Of a stretch of DNA of 64,000 nucleotides, positions 15,243 to 25,551 are shown piece by piece. The stretch is from a virus, in the IMG/VR virus record IMGVR_UViG_3300031419_000012. The stretch is one strand, 5' to 3'. The notes below the pieces were generated by a model. The model did no database searches, was not told the origin of the DNA, and saw only the letters and a list, made by a program, of their open reading frames with translations. Each line of letters opens with the position of its first letter. The first letter of the stretch is position 1. The translations under genes were made by a program, and so were the position numbers.

Positions 15243-18200
15243 TTATGCGTTTTCGATATCTGCGCGCAGCGCATCGAGATCGTGTGAGGAAGGGATAAGC
15301 CAGGCAGGCTGCGTAAACTCGTTTCCGGCTACCGGATCGGCTTCAAAATTCCAGAACTTCGCGCCGTACTTCTCTTTCATCAGGTCGCGTACCGCTTTGC
15401 GCTTGAGCACCGGCTTATCGCTGGTGTCCGTCAGCACGTAGGCACCGCCGGCCGGAAAGTCGATTTTAAAGGTGCGGTTCTTCCACTTACGCGAGGCCAC
15501 CAGCTCCTGCTCGTTTTTCAGCACCTGGAAGCCGGACGTCTGTTTCTGCGCCTGTTCGGCTCGCACGACGGTTGCCGCCCTGCTGGCCGCAAGGTTTGCA
15601 GAAGCACGGCGCTCCGCCAGTTCTTCAGGGGTGAGTTTGCCGGTCATCAGCGCTTTGTAGTCCGTCCACGTCGGCGCATGATCCCGATATCCGCCCTCTT
15701 CCATCTGCTCTAGGAAGGTATAAAGACCGCCCACCAGCGCCTTGACCGTCCGGGAGGACAGGAAGGTTTCAGCCGTCACCTCTGATTCGCTGAGATCGCC
15801 CAGCGCCACGCTGGCGCGCAGGAACTGTGCCGCAGGCGACTCGGTAACGTTGGCCGCGTTATCAATATCGCTCATCGCTTCGTGGCGCGTTTTATCCAGC
15901 ACCGTGGCAATGGTCGCCTGGATGCTTTCCGGGGTGTACTGGCGGAACTGCTGCAGCGCTGCAGCGGCGTACTGATCAGCCAGCGCCCTGACGGCTTTAA
16001 CCTTGCTTTGCCCCATCCCGTCGCGCAGCTGGTTAAACATCGCCTCGTACTCGTTGCTGTTGGAAAAGCCCGACATGGCATTACGGAACTGACGGATGCT
16101 GATGCTGTTGCTCCAGAAATAACTGTCCTGGCTGGTGCCTAAGAAGTAAGCCTTTGCCTCAGCGTCCGTTGCGCCGGTCACTTTGCGCCCCTGTGCGTCG
16201 CCTGCCTCAAATTCCGCTACCAGCTGGCTGAACACCTTAACGACGTCCTCCATGCCCGCCTGCTCGCCGTAGCCCTGCATTGCCGTGTTGTAGTTACCGC
16301 CAAATACAGCCTTAAATACGGCCTGCACTGAATACAGGTTTCTGGTCAGGCTGTACTGGTATAGCTCGCGCTTCAGCTGCTCGTCGCTGTGATCCGGATA
16401 GAGCCAGTCCTCGGCTTTAATGCTCTCCCGGACGGTGATCCCGGCGTGGATATATTCATGCTTCAGCTCGCCGGCGGCGTCGCGGTACATCCAGGCGTCT
16501 GCCTTCACGTTCATCACGCCGGCGCGAATGGCGGCGTAGAAGTCCGCGCGGCTCAGCGTGTCGGCCAGCGATATCGGCTCAAGACCTCTTGCGGCCTTCT
16601 GCAGTGCTTTAGCCTGGTCGGTTGTGATCTCCACGCGGTCGCCAACCAGCTCCGCCGGCATTTCTGCAAATCCGCCGATATCCGGCCTCGTATAGCAACG
16701 CAGCGGCTTGTGGATCAGCTCAGCCTCTACCGTGCCTTTCTCCGGGAAGAATTTCCGGATCTGGAATACGCCTTTATCGTGCTTATCGTCATCCATCCAG
16801 ATTTCATAGCACGCCCCGATGCGCACCAGCTGCCCGCCGGCCAGCTTCATGTACTGCTCTGGCGCACGCAGCACGTCAGGATCGACTTCCAGCGCGCCGG
16901 ACAGAATGGCACGCTCAACCTCACCGCGTGAGCGCTTAATGGTGCTGGCGGCGCTTTTAGAGCGCGTCAGCGCCTTGCGTGCGCCGTTCAGCTCCTGCTC
17001 CAGCTTCTTCTGCTTCGCCAGGCCTTCTTTAAGTGCCGCACGCGCGTTGCGGCGGTCCTGCCCGCGCCAGTTGTCCGCAGACCGCTTGCCGTCTCTTTCG
17101 AGCTCAATGTTATAAGCCGTTTCGGCGTCTGTGACGTCTGCACGCAGCCCGTCAATGCTGCCGTTGATTTCGTCAAAAGCGGCTGACAGGTCAGTGATAT
17201 TCGCTTCCAGTACCTCTGTCGGCGTGGCAGCGGCAACGCTCGCTTTCAGGTAGATATCCAGCGCGGCGGCGGCTTCGCGCTCGGCCTGCTGGCGCTCCGC
17301 TTCGCGTTTTGCCTTCAGCTGTGCGTCCACGCGCGCGCGGCGTTCTTCCGGGTTTGCGGCCAGCAGCAGGCTCTGCTCCTCTTTGGATTCCACATCGCCA
17401 TTCTTCATGCTGGACACGTCGGACTTCATGACGTCGTTGATCCAGTTTTTCTTGCGCTGCAGCGTCTCCAGGCGGAACTCGTCAAACGAACCCTTGCCGC
17501 AGTAGTAATGCACGCGCATGCTGTCGCGCTCGGAGCCTACGCGGGCGCCGCGCCCGTTGCGCTGGTCAATACTGGCCGGCGTCCAGGGCAGCGTAAGATG
17601 GTGCGTGTCAGCGGTGCCTTTGTGCAGGTTGATCCCCACTTCGGCTTTTTTGTTGCAGATGATGATTGGCGTGCGGCCTTCGTTGTAGTCGGCGGCGATC
17701 CCCTCCATCCCGGCAAGCGAGGCGTCATTCAGCGCGGCCTGATAGTCCTCATAGCGCGCCAGCTCCTGATAGTACTTATCCCACGCGCCCTCCTTAAAGC
17801 TGCCGTCCGCTTTCTCCACCGGCTCCACCGGCTTCTTCACGGGCTTCACCTTCACGCCGGATGCTTTCGCTACCGTTGTGGCGTTGATGATGCCTATCTG
17901 CTGCTCCTGCAGGCCCAGGGCACTTGCGATGATGCGGCGCAGTTTATTGTGCTGCGTCTTTTCATCCATGAAGATGATCTGCTTACCGTCCGACAGGCCA
18001 GCTTTAAGGTTTTCTATCAGCGCGGCGTACTTCGGCGGGACCGGGTGCGAGACGTGCTGCATATCAATGCCGGCGGCAGCGATCGCGTCCAGCACCTGCT
18101 GCTCCAGCGTGTCGCTTACCACCAGCTCCACGACGCCCCCGCGGTTCTTCAGCGTGGTTTTGACAACCTTGCTGGTGCGCGTGTCGGTCAGGCCACTCTC

Positions 18201-21200
18201 TGCGTCCTCCGCCACTTCCTCCTCGTCGCCCGCCAGCAGCACGCCGCCCGCTTCGCCCGGGAGCGCGCGTGCAACCTGCTTCACCTTTTCAAGATCCTCT
18301 TCACGGAAGCGGAACGTGATAGCGGAGCGATACAGATCCGGGTCAATCACCACCTTATCCATGTCGCGGATCACGGAGAAAATGAAGTCATCATCGTTCT
18401 GCACGATGGACACGGTGCCGTCGCCGTTATCCTGCACGCTCTCTTTCTGCCCGATGCGGCTGGCGCGCACGCGCAGCTCCTCATAGAGCGCCTGTTGATC
18501 GCGCGTCATCGGCACGCCCACGGTTTTCTCGTCCAGACCGGGGATTTTCACGCTGTCTTTCACGTCAGCAGCAGATTTAAGCGTCGTCCAGCGGTGGAAG
18601 ATGCCGCGCAGGCCATCAAGGTTTTTAAAGCCCACCAGCCCCTGCTTATCCTCGAGCTCGCCGGAAATTTTCTGCACGGTTACGGTGTCGGTTTCCCCGA
18701 ACACCCGCACAAAGTCATCCGGCGTCAGAATCCCCATCGCCTTCCACTCTTCCAGCGACACAACGTGGGAGAGCATGTTGAATGCGTCGATCGGAGAGTT
18801 AACCAGCGGCGTTGCGGTCAGCATCACCACCCCGCGCCCGTTGTACTTTTTCATCATGTACTGGCTTTTCACGGCCATATCTCGGGCTGTTTTGGAGACG
18901 GACGGATTAGGCAGGTAAGCCAGCTGGCCAGCTTCACGGCCGGCGCTGTGCGAGTTGCGGTAGTTATGGCCTTCGTCTGCGATTACGCTGTCAAAGTGCA
19001 TATCTTCAAAGTAGGGGATCTGGCTCTTTTTCTTAGTGCCGGTATCGGCGGCTTTATCGCGGAGTTTGTTGCGGGACGTGGCGGCGCGGTGCGTGGACTT
19101 CATCAGATCCGTGCGGCCATTCTCAATCTGGTTAAAGACTGCTTGGCTGGAGTTTTCTTCAATCGTCTCCGGGCGCATCGGGATATCGCCAAACTGCTCT
19201 TTGGTCATCACCACGGCGCGGTAGTTGGAGACCGGGATCATGTTCATGCGCTCAAGCACGGTCGCGGCAGCGGACTCTTTTACCACGTTGCGCATGACCG
19301 GCTGGCCATCTTTGTCCAGCTTAGGCTCGTTGTTTTCGTCGCGCTCCGGCGCCTGCATGATCTGGCCATCATCGCCGCGCACTTCGTCCAGGCCAACAAA
19401 CAGGATTTTCTCAAACGCCTCGGCGCTGTAGAAACCGTGGGCTTCGTGATACCAGTTCTGCAGCACGGCTTTAGGCACGACGTACACGGTACGCTTGCTG
19501 CGCCCCACCTCGTAGTTATAGGCCTCCAGCGCCAGCGCGGTTGTGGTTTTACCCAGCCCGGTACCGAATCCCATAATGCCCCGGCCATCTTCCGACAGGC
19601 GGCGCACTTCGGCGTTCTGGTAGCTCAGCGGAATGCGCTTGCCGCTGATCTGCTGCAGCAGCAGGGACGAGGACGAATGCTCAAACGGCACGTAGCCGTT
19701 AAACGCGTCGTTGTAGTCGCTGACAACCGATTCAACGTCCGGATGCGTGCGCAGCCAGTGGTTAAACTGCGCCTCCAGGCCGCTGATGCGCTTCAGATAG
19801 ACGTTAGCGTTCACGCCGCGCGGCTTCACGCCGTTCAGGTAGTTTTCCAGCTGGTTGTAGAAGCCGTCTTTGTAGCTGGCGCGCTTAAATTCAGTCACGC
19901 CACCTTTGCCGGTGACGGAGCGCACCTGATAGCCGGAAAATACGCCGTCCTTCCCCGCGTAGTTGTCCTCTGCGGTCAGGTAGCCGTTTTCGTTTTCCAG
20001 ATCCTGCGTGTACTTGAAGTCGTCAAAGCCCTGGTCAATCAGGAACTCTTTAATCAGCCGGCGATCCAGCCAGCGGGCGTTAAGGTTGACCGTAATATCT
20101 TCAATCGGCGTGTGGTTGCGCTTCTCGTTGATCGTTTCCAGCTGGCGGACGTAGTTAGCCTTAACCGGCCCGTCCGGCGCGTCGTTAATCAGCGCCGCCA
20201 GACGGGACACCTTGCCGCGCACGTTGCCGGTTGTGGCGCGCGCCAGCGGCATAATGTTGCCGTTACCGTCGAGCGCAATCTCCGGGAAGGTCGCCAGGTG
20301 CGCCAGCAGCGCCTCGTCATCTTCCGGCAGCTCGCCTTTAAACGCGGCGCGGAAAGCGGCCAGCGCCACCGGTACCAGATCCACGTCGCTGAAAAGGTGC
20401 GATACCACCTGCTCCGGGCTGGCAAAGTCCACCGCCACCGCCTCGCTGCGGTCAATGGTCCCGCTCAGCAGCGCGGACAAATCCCCCTCGCGGCTGACGT
20501 TGGCCTGAAAACTCAGCCAGCCTTTGGCGCTCGCATCAGAGAGACCGGCCAGCTTCAGGCCTTTCGGCGTGCCGTACTGCCCGACTTCCTCACTCACCAG
20601 GCGCGCGGCGTCAGCAATAATGCCGCTGGCGTCGCCGCCCAGCATCTGCGTATCGAGCGCGTCGTTGATGCGCAGGCCGATGATTGATGCGCGCATCACA
20701 CGCCAGCGATGCCCCGGCTTCTGCTGCATCGCAAAGCGAATGGCCGCGTGAATGCGATCGTCAAACAGCTGCGGGTATTCCACGCTGGCCGCGTACAGGG
20801 CGCGGCTGTCCAGCGAGAGCATGCCGTTAATCGTGCGCGTTTTCGTCTGCAGGTCGCCAAACGTGGCGGCACCGAACCGCTCCGCGTCGATCCCGCTTGA
20901 TGCCGTGGTGGAATCCTTAATAAACCGCGTGCCGTCGTAGGTGTGCCAGACGCCGGCCATCAGCCGCTTATCACCTTCTACCGGTGACTGCCACACGGCA
21001 GCAGGCGTACCCAGCTGATCCCAGTCAATACGGCTGTCAAAGCGGCGCGACAGCGCGGCTTTCATGGCCGCATTGGTCAGCTGGCCATCTTTTTTGACCA
21101 CCAGGATGTTATTGAAGTCAGACCGCTCGGTTTCGCCGTGAACGAAGCGCCGCCCCTCGGTTTCAAACCACTTGCCCCGGATAAACGTTGGCCACAATAC

Positions 21201-22184
21201 GCTTGCCGCCTCAAGTGACTGTTCATCGCTGTCATGCACCAGCTGCGTCAGCGCCTCGGTGTGCTTTCGCAGCACCCACACATCTACTACTGTTGCGGTA
21301 CCGCTCTCGGCAAACGTGCCGGACGGCATGCGGTGTGCGCCCAGGAACTCCGCCACACGGGAGACGCGATCGCGCAGCTTTTTGTTGGCGCCGCCGCCAT
21401 CGGTCATGCCGTTTGGCACCACCAGCACCACCAGCCCGCCGTATTTCACCTTGTCGATAGTGCGCATCACGAAGTAATGCCCGACGTTGGTTTCATCCCG
21501 GTAGGCCGGATCGAGCTCGGCAAAGCCCGTGCGCGAGTCGCCAAACGGCACGTTGCCAACGGCGTGGTCATAGCTGTTGTCCGGTACAGACGCGGCCAGC
21601 TTCTCAAACGCGCCCATGCGCACGTCATCTTCCGGGTGCAGCAGCTGGTTAATGCGCCCTGACGTGTCGGAGATCTCTGCAGACGTCATCATTGCGCCGG
21701 CGGGCTTGGTTTCCTGAAAAACGCCCGTGCCGGCGGACGGCTCCAGCATGTGACCGCCGGTAATGCCGTAGTCCGCAAACAGATCCCATATTCCCTCCGC
21801 CATAAACGGCGGGGTGTAATATTCGTACTGACTGCCGCCGCCGCCCTCCAGACCGCCCTCACCGCTGTACCCGGCCAGAATCCGGCGCTGTTCATCGGTG
21901 AGTTTGTTCCCGTCAAAACCCGCCGGCAGCGAGTTAAGCAGGCTGACCGCATTATCATTAGCGGCGCGGCGTTCGCGCTGCAGGCTCACCCCTTCCCGTT
22001 TTGTCACGCCAAACGCCACAACCGTTCGCTGTTTGTGCAGGCGCATTACCAGGCGGATCAAGTCCTCAACGGACCCTGCTTCCTGGACCGCCCTGTTTTC
22101 TCTTTTTTCCACTGTGTGAATTTTCCCCGGATTGCATAAAGCGGTTATGGTTATATAAATTCTAAGGGTTTGTAAAAAGGACAC
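15243..22184 (-). CDS. darB: DarB antirestriction protein (N6-MTase plus SF2 helicase)
   Basis: LEPSAGTG and GNVPF MTase motifs, GFGTGLGKT, DEGH, LTATP, QRNGRGAR helicase motifs; ~2300 aa. Real start probably GTG 22112. Confidence 0.95.
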   Translation of the reverse strand: MSFLQTLRIYITITALCNPGKIHTVEKRENRAVQEAGSVEDLIRLVMRLHKQRTVVAFGVTKREGVSLQRERRAANDNAVSLLNSLPAGFDGNKLTDEQRRILAGYSGEGGLEGGGGSQYEYYTPPFMAEGIWDLFADYGITGGHMLEPSAGTGVFQETKPAGAMMTSAEISDTSGRINQLLHPEDDVRMGAFEKLAASVPDNSYDHAVGNVPFGDSRTGFAELDPAYRDETNVGHYFVMRTIDKVKYGGLVVLVVPNGMTDGGGANKKLRDRVSRVAEFLGAHRMPSGTFAESGTATVVDVWVLRKHTEALTQLVHDSDEQSLEAASVLWPTFIRGKWFETEGRRFVHGETERSDFNNILVVKKDGQLTNAAMKAALSRRFDSRIDWDQLGTPAAVWQSPVEGDKRLMAGVWHTYDGTRFIKDSTTASSGIDAERFGAATFGDLQTKTRTINGMLSLDSRALYAASVEYPQLFDDRIHAAIRFAMQQKPGHRWRVMRASIIGLRINDALDTQMLGGDASGIIADAARLVSEEVGQYGTPKGLKLAGLSDASAKGWLSFQANVSREGDLSALLSGTIDRSEAVAVDFASPEQVVSHLFSDVDLVPVALAAFRAAFKGELPEDDEALLAHLATFPEIALDGNGNIMPLARATTGNVRGKVSRLAALINDAPDGPVKANYVRQLETINEKRNHTPIEDITVNLNARWLDRRLIKEFLIDQGFDDFKYTQDLENENGYLTAEDNYAGKDGVFSGYQVRSVTGKGGVTEFKRASYKDGFYNQLENYLNGVKPRGVNANVYLKRISGLEAQFNHWLRTHPDVESVVSDYNDAFNGYVPFEHSSSSLLLQQISGKRIPLSYQNAEVRRLSEDGRGIMGFGTGLGKTTTALALEAYNYEVGRSKRTVYVVPKAVLQNWYHEAHGFYSAEAFEKILFVGLDEVRGDDGQIMQAPERDENNEPKLDKDGQPVMRNVVKESAAATVLERMNMIPVSNYRAVVMTKEQFGDIPMRPETIEENSSQAVFNQIENGRTDLMKSTHRAATSRNKLRDKAADTGTKKKSQIPYFEDMHFDSVIADEGHNYRNSHSAGREAGQLAYLPNPSVSKTARDMAVKSQYMMKKYNGRGVVMLTATPLVNSPIDAFNMLSHVVSLEEWKAMGILTPDDFVRVFGETDTVTVQKISGELEDKQGLVGFKNLDGLRGIFHRWTTLKSAADVKDSVKIPGLDEKTVGVPMTRDQQALYEELRVRASRIGQKESVQDNGDGTVSIVQNDDDFIFSVIRDMDKVVIDPDLYRSAITFRFREEDLEKVKQVARALPGEAGGVLLAGDEEEVAEDAESGLTDTRTSKVVKTTLKNRGGVVELVVSDTLEQQVLDAIAAAGIDMQHVSHPVPPKYAALIENLKAGLSDGKQIIFMDEKTQHNKLRRIIASALGLQEQQIGIINATTVAKASGVKVKPVKKPVEPVEKADGSFKEGAWDKYYQELARYEDYQAALNDASLAGMEGIAADYNEGRTPIIICNKKAEVGINLHKGTADTHHLTLPWTPASIDQRNGRGARVGSERDSMRVHYYCGKGSFDEFRLETLQRKKNWINDVMKSDVSSMKNGDVESKEEQSLLLAANPEERRARVDAQLKAKREAERQQAEREAAAALDIYLKASVAAATPTEVLEANITDLSAAFDEINGSIDGLRADVTDAETAYNIELERDGKRSADNWRGQDRRNARAALKEGLAKQKKLEQELNGARKALTRSKSAASTIKRSRGEVERAILSGALEVDPDVLRAPEQYMKLAGGQLVRIGACYEIWMDDDKHDKGVFQIRKFFPEKGTVEAELIHKPLRCYTRPDIGGFAEMPAELVGDRVEITTDQAKALQKAARGLEPISLADTLSRADFYAAIRAGVMNVKADAWMYRDAAGELKHEYIHAGITVRESIKAEDWLYPDHSDEQLKRELYQYSLTRNLYSVQAVFKAVFGGNYNTAMQGYGEQAGMEDVVKVFSQLVAEFEAGDAQGRKVTGATDAEAKAYFLGTSQDSYFWSNSISIRQFRNAMSGFSNSNEYEAMFNQLRDGMGQSKVKAVRALADQYAAAALQQFRQYTPESIQATIATVLDKTRHEAMSDIDNAANVTESPAAQFLRASVALGDLSESEVTAETFLSSRTVKALVGGLYTFLEQMEEGGYRDHAPTWTDYKALMTGKLTPEELAERRASANLAASRAATVVRAEQAQKQTSGFQVLKNEQELVASRKWKNRTFKIDFPAGGAYVLTDTSDKPVLKRKAVRDLMKEKYGAKFWNFEADPVAGNEFTQPAWLIPSSHDLDALRADIENA

Positions 22185-22190
22185 TATACA

Positions 22191-23885
22191 TTGGCTAAAA
22201 GAAACAAGGCGCTTTCTGTACTCGGCGCACTCAGGCAGGCATTCAGAGGCTCAACCGCCGACGCGCCTGATTCACTTGCGTGGACTAACGGACAAAACGT
22301 TGTGGTGTCCCGGTCCGGGCTGGCGGCACTGGCGTATCAGGAAGGTAAGGCAGGTGAAATGACCACGGCCGGCGACAGCCTGTACCTCGGCGCAGAGCTG
22401 CCGCTGGACCGGCTGCAGCGCTACGCCATTCTTGAGGAAATGGCTAACAGTCCGACCTGCTCCGCCGCGCTGAATATCCACATTGGCCACGCGCTCGCGC
22501 CGGACAAAAAGACCGGGCTGGCGTTCTGCATTGCCCCGGTTGACCCGTCGGACAAAGAAGGCGCGGCGCGCGCAAAAGAGCTGCAGGATGATTTGGGGGC
22601 GATGATCAATAAACATTTGCCGTCGCTGGCTATGACTATGGCGATTTTTGGCGTCTCCTACGTGCGTCCTTATGCCCGGACCGGCAGCGGGATCACCAGC
22701 CTGGAAAACAGCTATTACTCGCTGCCCTACTTTGTGCAGGAGTTTTATAAGGGCGATCAGCTGGTGGGCTTCGGCGGGGATTACGTGCTGTCACCCGATA
22801 CGCATACGCGCACGCTTTCCTCGCCGTGGTCTCTGGTACCCATGAAAAACCCGTACTGGACACCCACGCGTAACGTGCAGCCGCTCACATCCGGCAACCG
22901 GGGCTATTCGCTGCTGACTGAGGAGGAGGATAAGGAAATCGCGGAGACGCAGAACTACGGAACCAGCTTCCTCGCGCACGCCTATGAGCCGTTCCTCAAT
23001 CTGACGGGCGCCCTGAATGCGCTGAAAGCCACGCGCTACAACGCCGCCAAAATTGACCGCCTGATTGCGCTAACTACCAACTCACTTGACCCGGTTGTGG
23101 GTGCCAACTACACCCGAACCGTATCGCAGACGCTAAAACGTCACGGCGAGGCGCTGCAGAAAAAGGCGGTGAACGGGAACACCATGCCTACCGTGATGAA
23201 CCATGTGATTCCGGTTATGGGGGATGGTAAAAACGGGATCACGATTGATACGCAGTCGATACCCGCGGACATTACCGGCATCGAGGACGTGATGTTTCAC
23301 CTGCGCCAGCTGTGCGCCGCGCTCGGGATTGATTCAACGATGCTGGGCTGGGCGGATCAGATGGCAGGCGGGCTGGGGGAAGGTGGCTGGATTCAGACGG
23401 CCATTCAGGCGGCGCTGCGGGCGCAGTGGCTCCGCCAGGGCGCGCAGGAGATGATTTACCGGCTTATAGATATTCACCTGGCGTTTAAATATGGCAAGGT
23501 ATATCCGGAGAATGACCGGCCCTACGTCGTACAGTTTAACTCCATGAACACGGCGATTCAGGAAGAAGAAAGCCGTGAAATGGACGCCCGCGCCAACTTT
23601 ATTACGCTCATGGTGCAGGTCATGGACGCGCTGCAGGCCAACAACAAGCTGGCGGAGAATGACACGTTCATGCGCTACCTGTTCAGCGATCAGCTGAAAA
23701 TGGACGGCGGAACGCTGGATAAGATGCTGGCGGAGTTCAGCAAAAGCCGTGACAAGGCCGATGCGCAGGAGGATGACGCCGGCAGCATGATGAACGAGTC
23801 AGCGCCAGAAAGCGACGATCCGGCCAGCTGGACGCATGAGGAGCTGGTGGCGTTTGCCCGCTATGTTGTCAGGCCGGAAAGTTAA
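22191..23885 (+). CDS. prt: Portal protein
   Basis: 564 aa, divergent from darB as in P1; LEEMA.SPT.SAALNIHI motif typical of P1 Prt. Confidence 0.85.
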   Translation: MAKRNKALSVLGALRQAFRGSTADAPDSLAWTNGQNVVVSRSGLAALAYQEGKAGEMTTAGDSLYLGAELPLDRLQRYAILEEMANSPTCSAALNIHIGHALAPDKKTGLAFCIAPVDPSDKEGAARAKELQDDLGAMINKHLPSLAMTMAIFGVSYVRPYARTGSGITSLENSYYSLPYFVQEFYKGDQLVGFGGDYVLSPDTHTRTLSSPWSLVPMKNPYWTPTRNVQPLTSGNRGYSLLTEEEDKEIAETQNYGTSFLAHAYEPFLNLTGALNALKATRYNAAKIDRLIALTTNSLDPVVGANYTRTVSQTLKRHGEALQKKAVNGNTMPTVMNHVIPVMGDGKNGITIDTQSIPADITGIEDVMFHLRQLCAALGIDSTMLGWADQMAGGLGEGGWIQTAIQAALRAQWLRQGAQEMIYRLIDIHLAFKYGKVYPENDRPYVVQFNSMNTAIQEEESREMDARANFITLMVQVMDALQANNKLAENDTFMRYLFSDQLKMDGGTLDKMLAEFSKSRDKADAQEDDAGSMMNESAPESDDPASWTHEELVAFARYVVRPES

Positions 23886-24018
23886 TTTCCGGGAAAACTA
23901 AAAAGGCCGCACACAAATTCACAGGGGGGTGTGCGGCTTGATGAAATCCGTCATCAAAAGCAGATATAAAAACTGAAGGAAAATATATCTGCGCTCCGGG
24001 ATGATTAATGCCCTGCCG

Positions 24019-24327
24019 TTAACTGTTATCCAGATGCTTCACCGGTCTGAATATCTTTTTTTCGGCATGTTTTTTAGGTTTCTTCGGGGTATTAAGTACC
24101 AGGTATTCTTCCTGCCCTTCTTTTTCATCCGGTCTGGTAATACAGAACGGACAAACCTTAACGCCCGAGAAGTGTATTCCGGCTACAGTCAGCGCCTGAT
24201 TCAGCGTGTAGCAGCTGCCGATAAAGGTGCGCTCCTCAATGGACGGCAGCTGCGGGCAGTCTGCGCGGTGCAGGAGCAACCCGGACGGGAAATGGTCACT
24301 GACATAAAACTTCATAGCTTTGTACAT
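24019..24327 (-). CDS. Small Cys/His-containing hypothetical protein
   Basis: HRADC...CPFC pattern suggests a metal-binding site; located in an AT-rich insert. Confidence 0.5.
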   Translation of the reverse strand: MYKAMKFYVSDHFPSGLLLHRADCPQLPSIEERTFIGSCYTLNQALTVAGIHFSGVKVCPFCITRPDEKEGQEEYLVLNTPKKPKKHAEKKIFRPVKHLDNS

Positions 24328-24873
24328 GTTTCATCCTCTTGCTGCGTGCATAAAACTTCCATGTTGAATATGAAACTTTTCAGCGTAAATTTACGCGTAA
24401 AAAGTTTCCGCAAAAGCTACGTGATGTTTATTTAACCTCTTCAACACATTAACTAATTTGCGTTAATAGAAAATAACATCATTAATTTAATTTAATGAAG
24501 AACTTTTTACGGACTAAATTAATGCCCAGCCCTTCAGCAGAGAGGGTTAAAATGTCTCTTTTAGTGGTACACCATCTGTAAGCGTATGATTTTTACCGCC
24601 TCGATTACAATTACAGGTAAAAGGCATCCGGAAGCATTAGGAAAACCCTCGCTGAAAAAAACCAGACGTTTTCTGAGTGCTTTATTTCCCCTCTCGCGCC
24701 ACGGGCTCACTCCCTCAGTATTTCTGACTGAAACGCAGGATTATACGCAGAATATTTGCCGCTTCGCCTTTTTCAGACAACCGTGATAATCCACCGTGGC
24801 AACAATCTGTAAGTAAAGCCGCTGTGTGGTCTGACCATCTGATTAAAAAAACTTCTGACTCCAGCAGTCAGGC

Positions 24874-25125
24874 TCAGAGCGCGATAATCTGCCAGTCAGC
24901 AGAAAGCATATCTTCAGGCGATGGACAGTAGAAATTCAGCGCCCCGGCTTCATTCATGAAAACATGCTGCATATCAGAGTCTGCATCCGGCTCAATGTAA
25001 ACGTGGGAAGCCGTATTGCCCCACTTTGCACGGCGGCAAATGGCGTCACTATTCTGACTGATGGTTAACATGGCATAAGCGAAAGTGTGCGCTGCAGGGG
25101 ATGGCGCGCGAGGGATGTCAGGCAT
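24874..25125 (-). CDS. DUF2829/Tad2-like protein
   Basis: FAYAMLTI...ICRRAKW...YCPSPEDMLSADWQII fits the DUF2829 pattern; RBS GGGAG. Confidence 0.7.
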   Translation of the reverse strand: MPDIPRAPSPAAHTFAYAMLTISQNSDAICRRAKWGNTASHVYIEPDADSDMQHVFMNEAGALNFYCPSPEDMLSADWQIIAL

Positions 25126-25141
25126 GGTGTGCTCCCTGTGC

Positions 25142-25400
25142 TTAAAGAAGCGTCACTACAGGAGGTTCCAATCTCCGGGTGGTGACGTTGACAGGGTTGG
25201 AACTACCGGCGCACAAGAAAACCGGCCTACCCGAAGGTAGCCCCACCAACGCCACCATAGATACGCCCGGAATAATCCGGACGTGGTAGCGCCGAAGGCA
25301 CTATGTGCCAGCTCTCATGCTTTTTCAGGGTTCCAATCCCGACCGCTGTTTTGCAGCGGCGCGCACACTATATCCGCCGCGCTGATAAATTCAATATGTC
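25142..25400 (-). promoter_or_regulatory. c4/P4-CI-type antisense attenuator leader with Ash/Icd-like leader peptide
   Basis: GATTGGAACC twice (25329-25338, 25164-25173) with a complementary GTTCCAACCC between (25194-25203). Encodes MVALVGLPSGRPVFLCAGSSNPVNVTT (25142-25258), an Ash-family-like motif. Confidence 0.65.
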
Positions 25401-25461
25401 TAATGTGAAATTATCCACTGGTCATTAGATCCACGTATGGATCAAGAAAAGTTACCTACGC

Positions 25462-25482
25462 AAATTACAACCTTTCTACCAT
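25462..25482 (+). promoter_or_regulatory. Late promoter of pro
   Basis: AAATTACAACC-tttc-TACCAT. Confidence 0.65.
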
Positions 25483-25551
25483 CAGTCCGCGCAGGCAACC
25501 GCCAGCGCTGCCGCCGCTTTGCGGGGCATCCATTGGAGTTATGAGGACAAT

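Noticed and set aside
17508-20687. 1059-aa plus-strand ORF and other long ORFs antisense to darB
   Set aside because: Shadow frames of a GC-rich, codon-biased gene; no motifs or RBS and unnatural composition.
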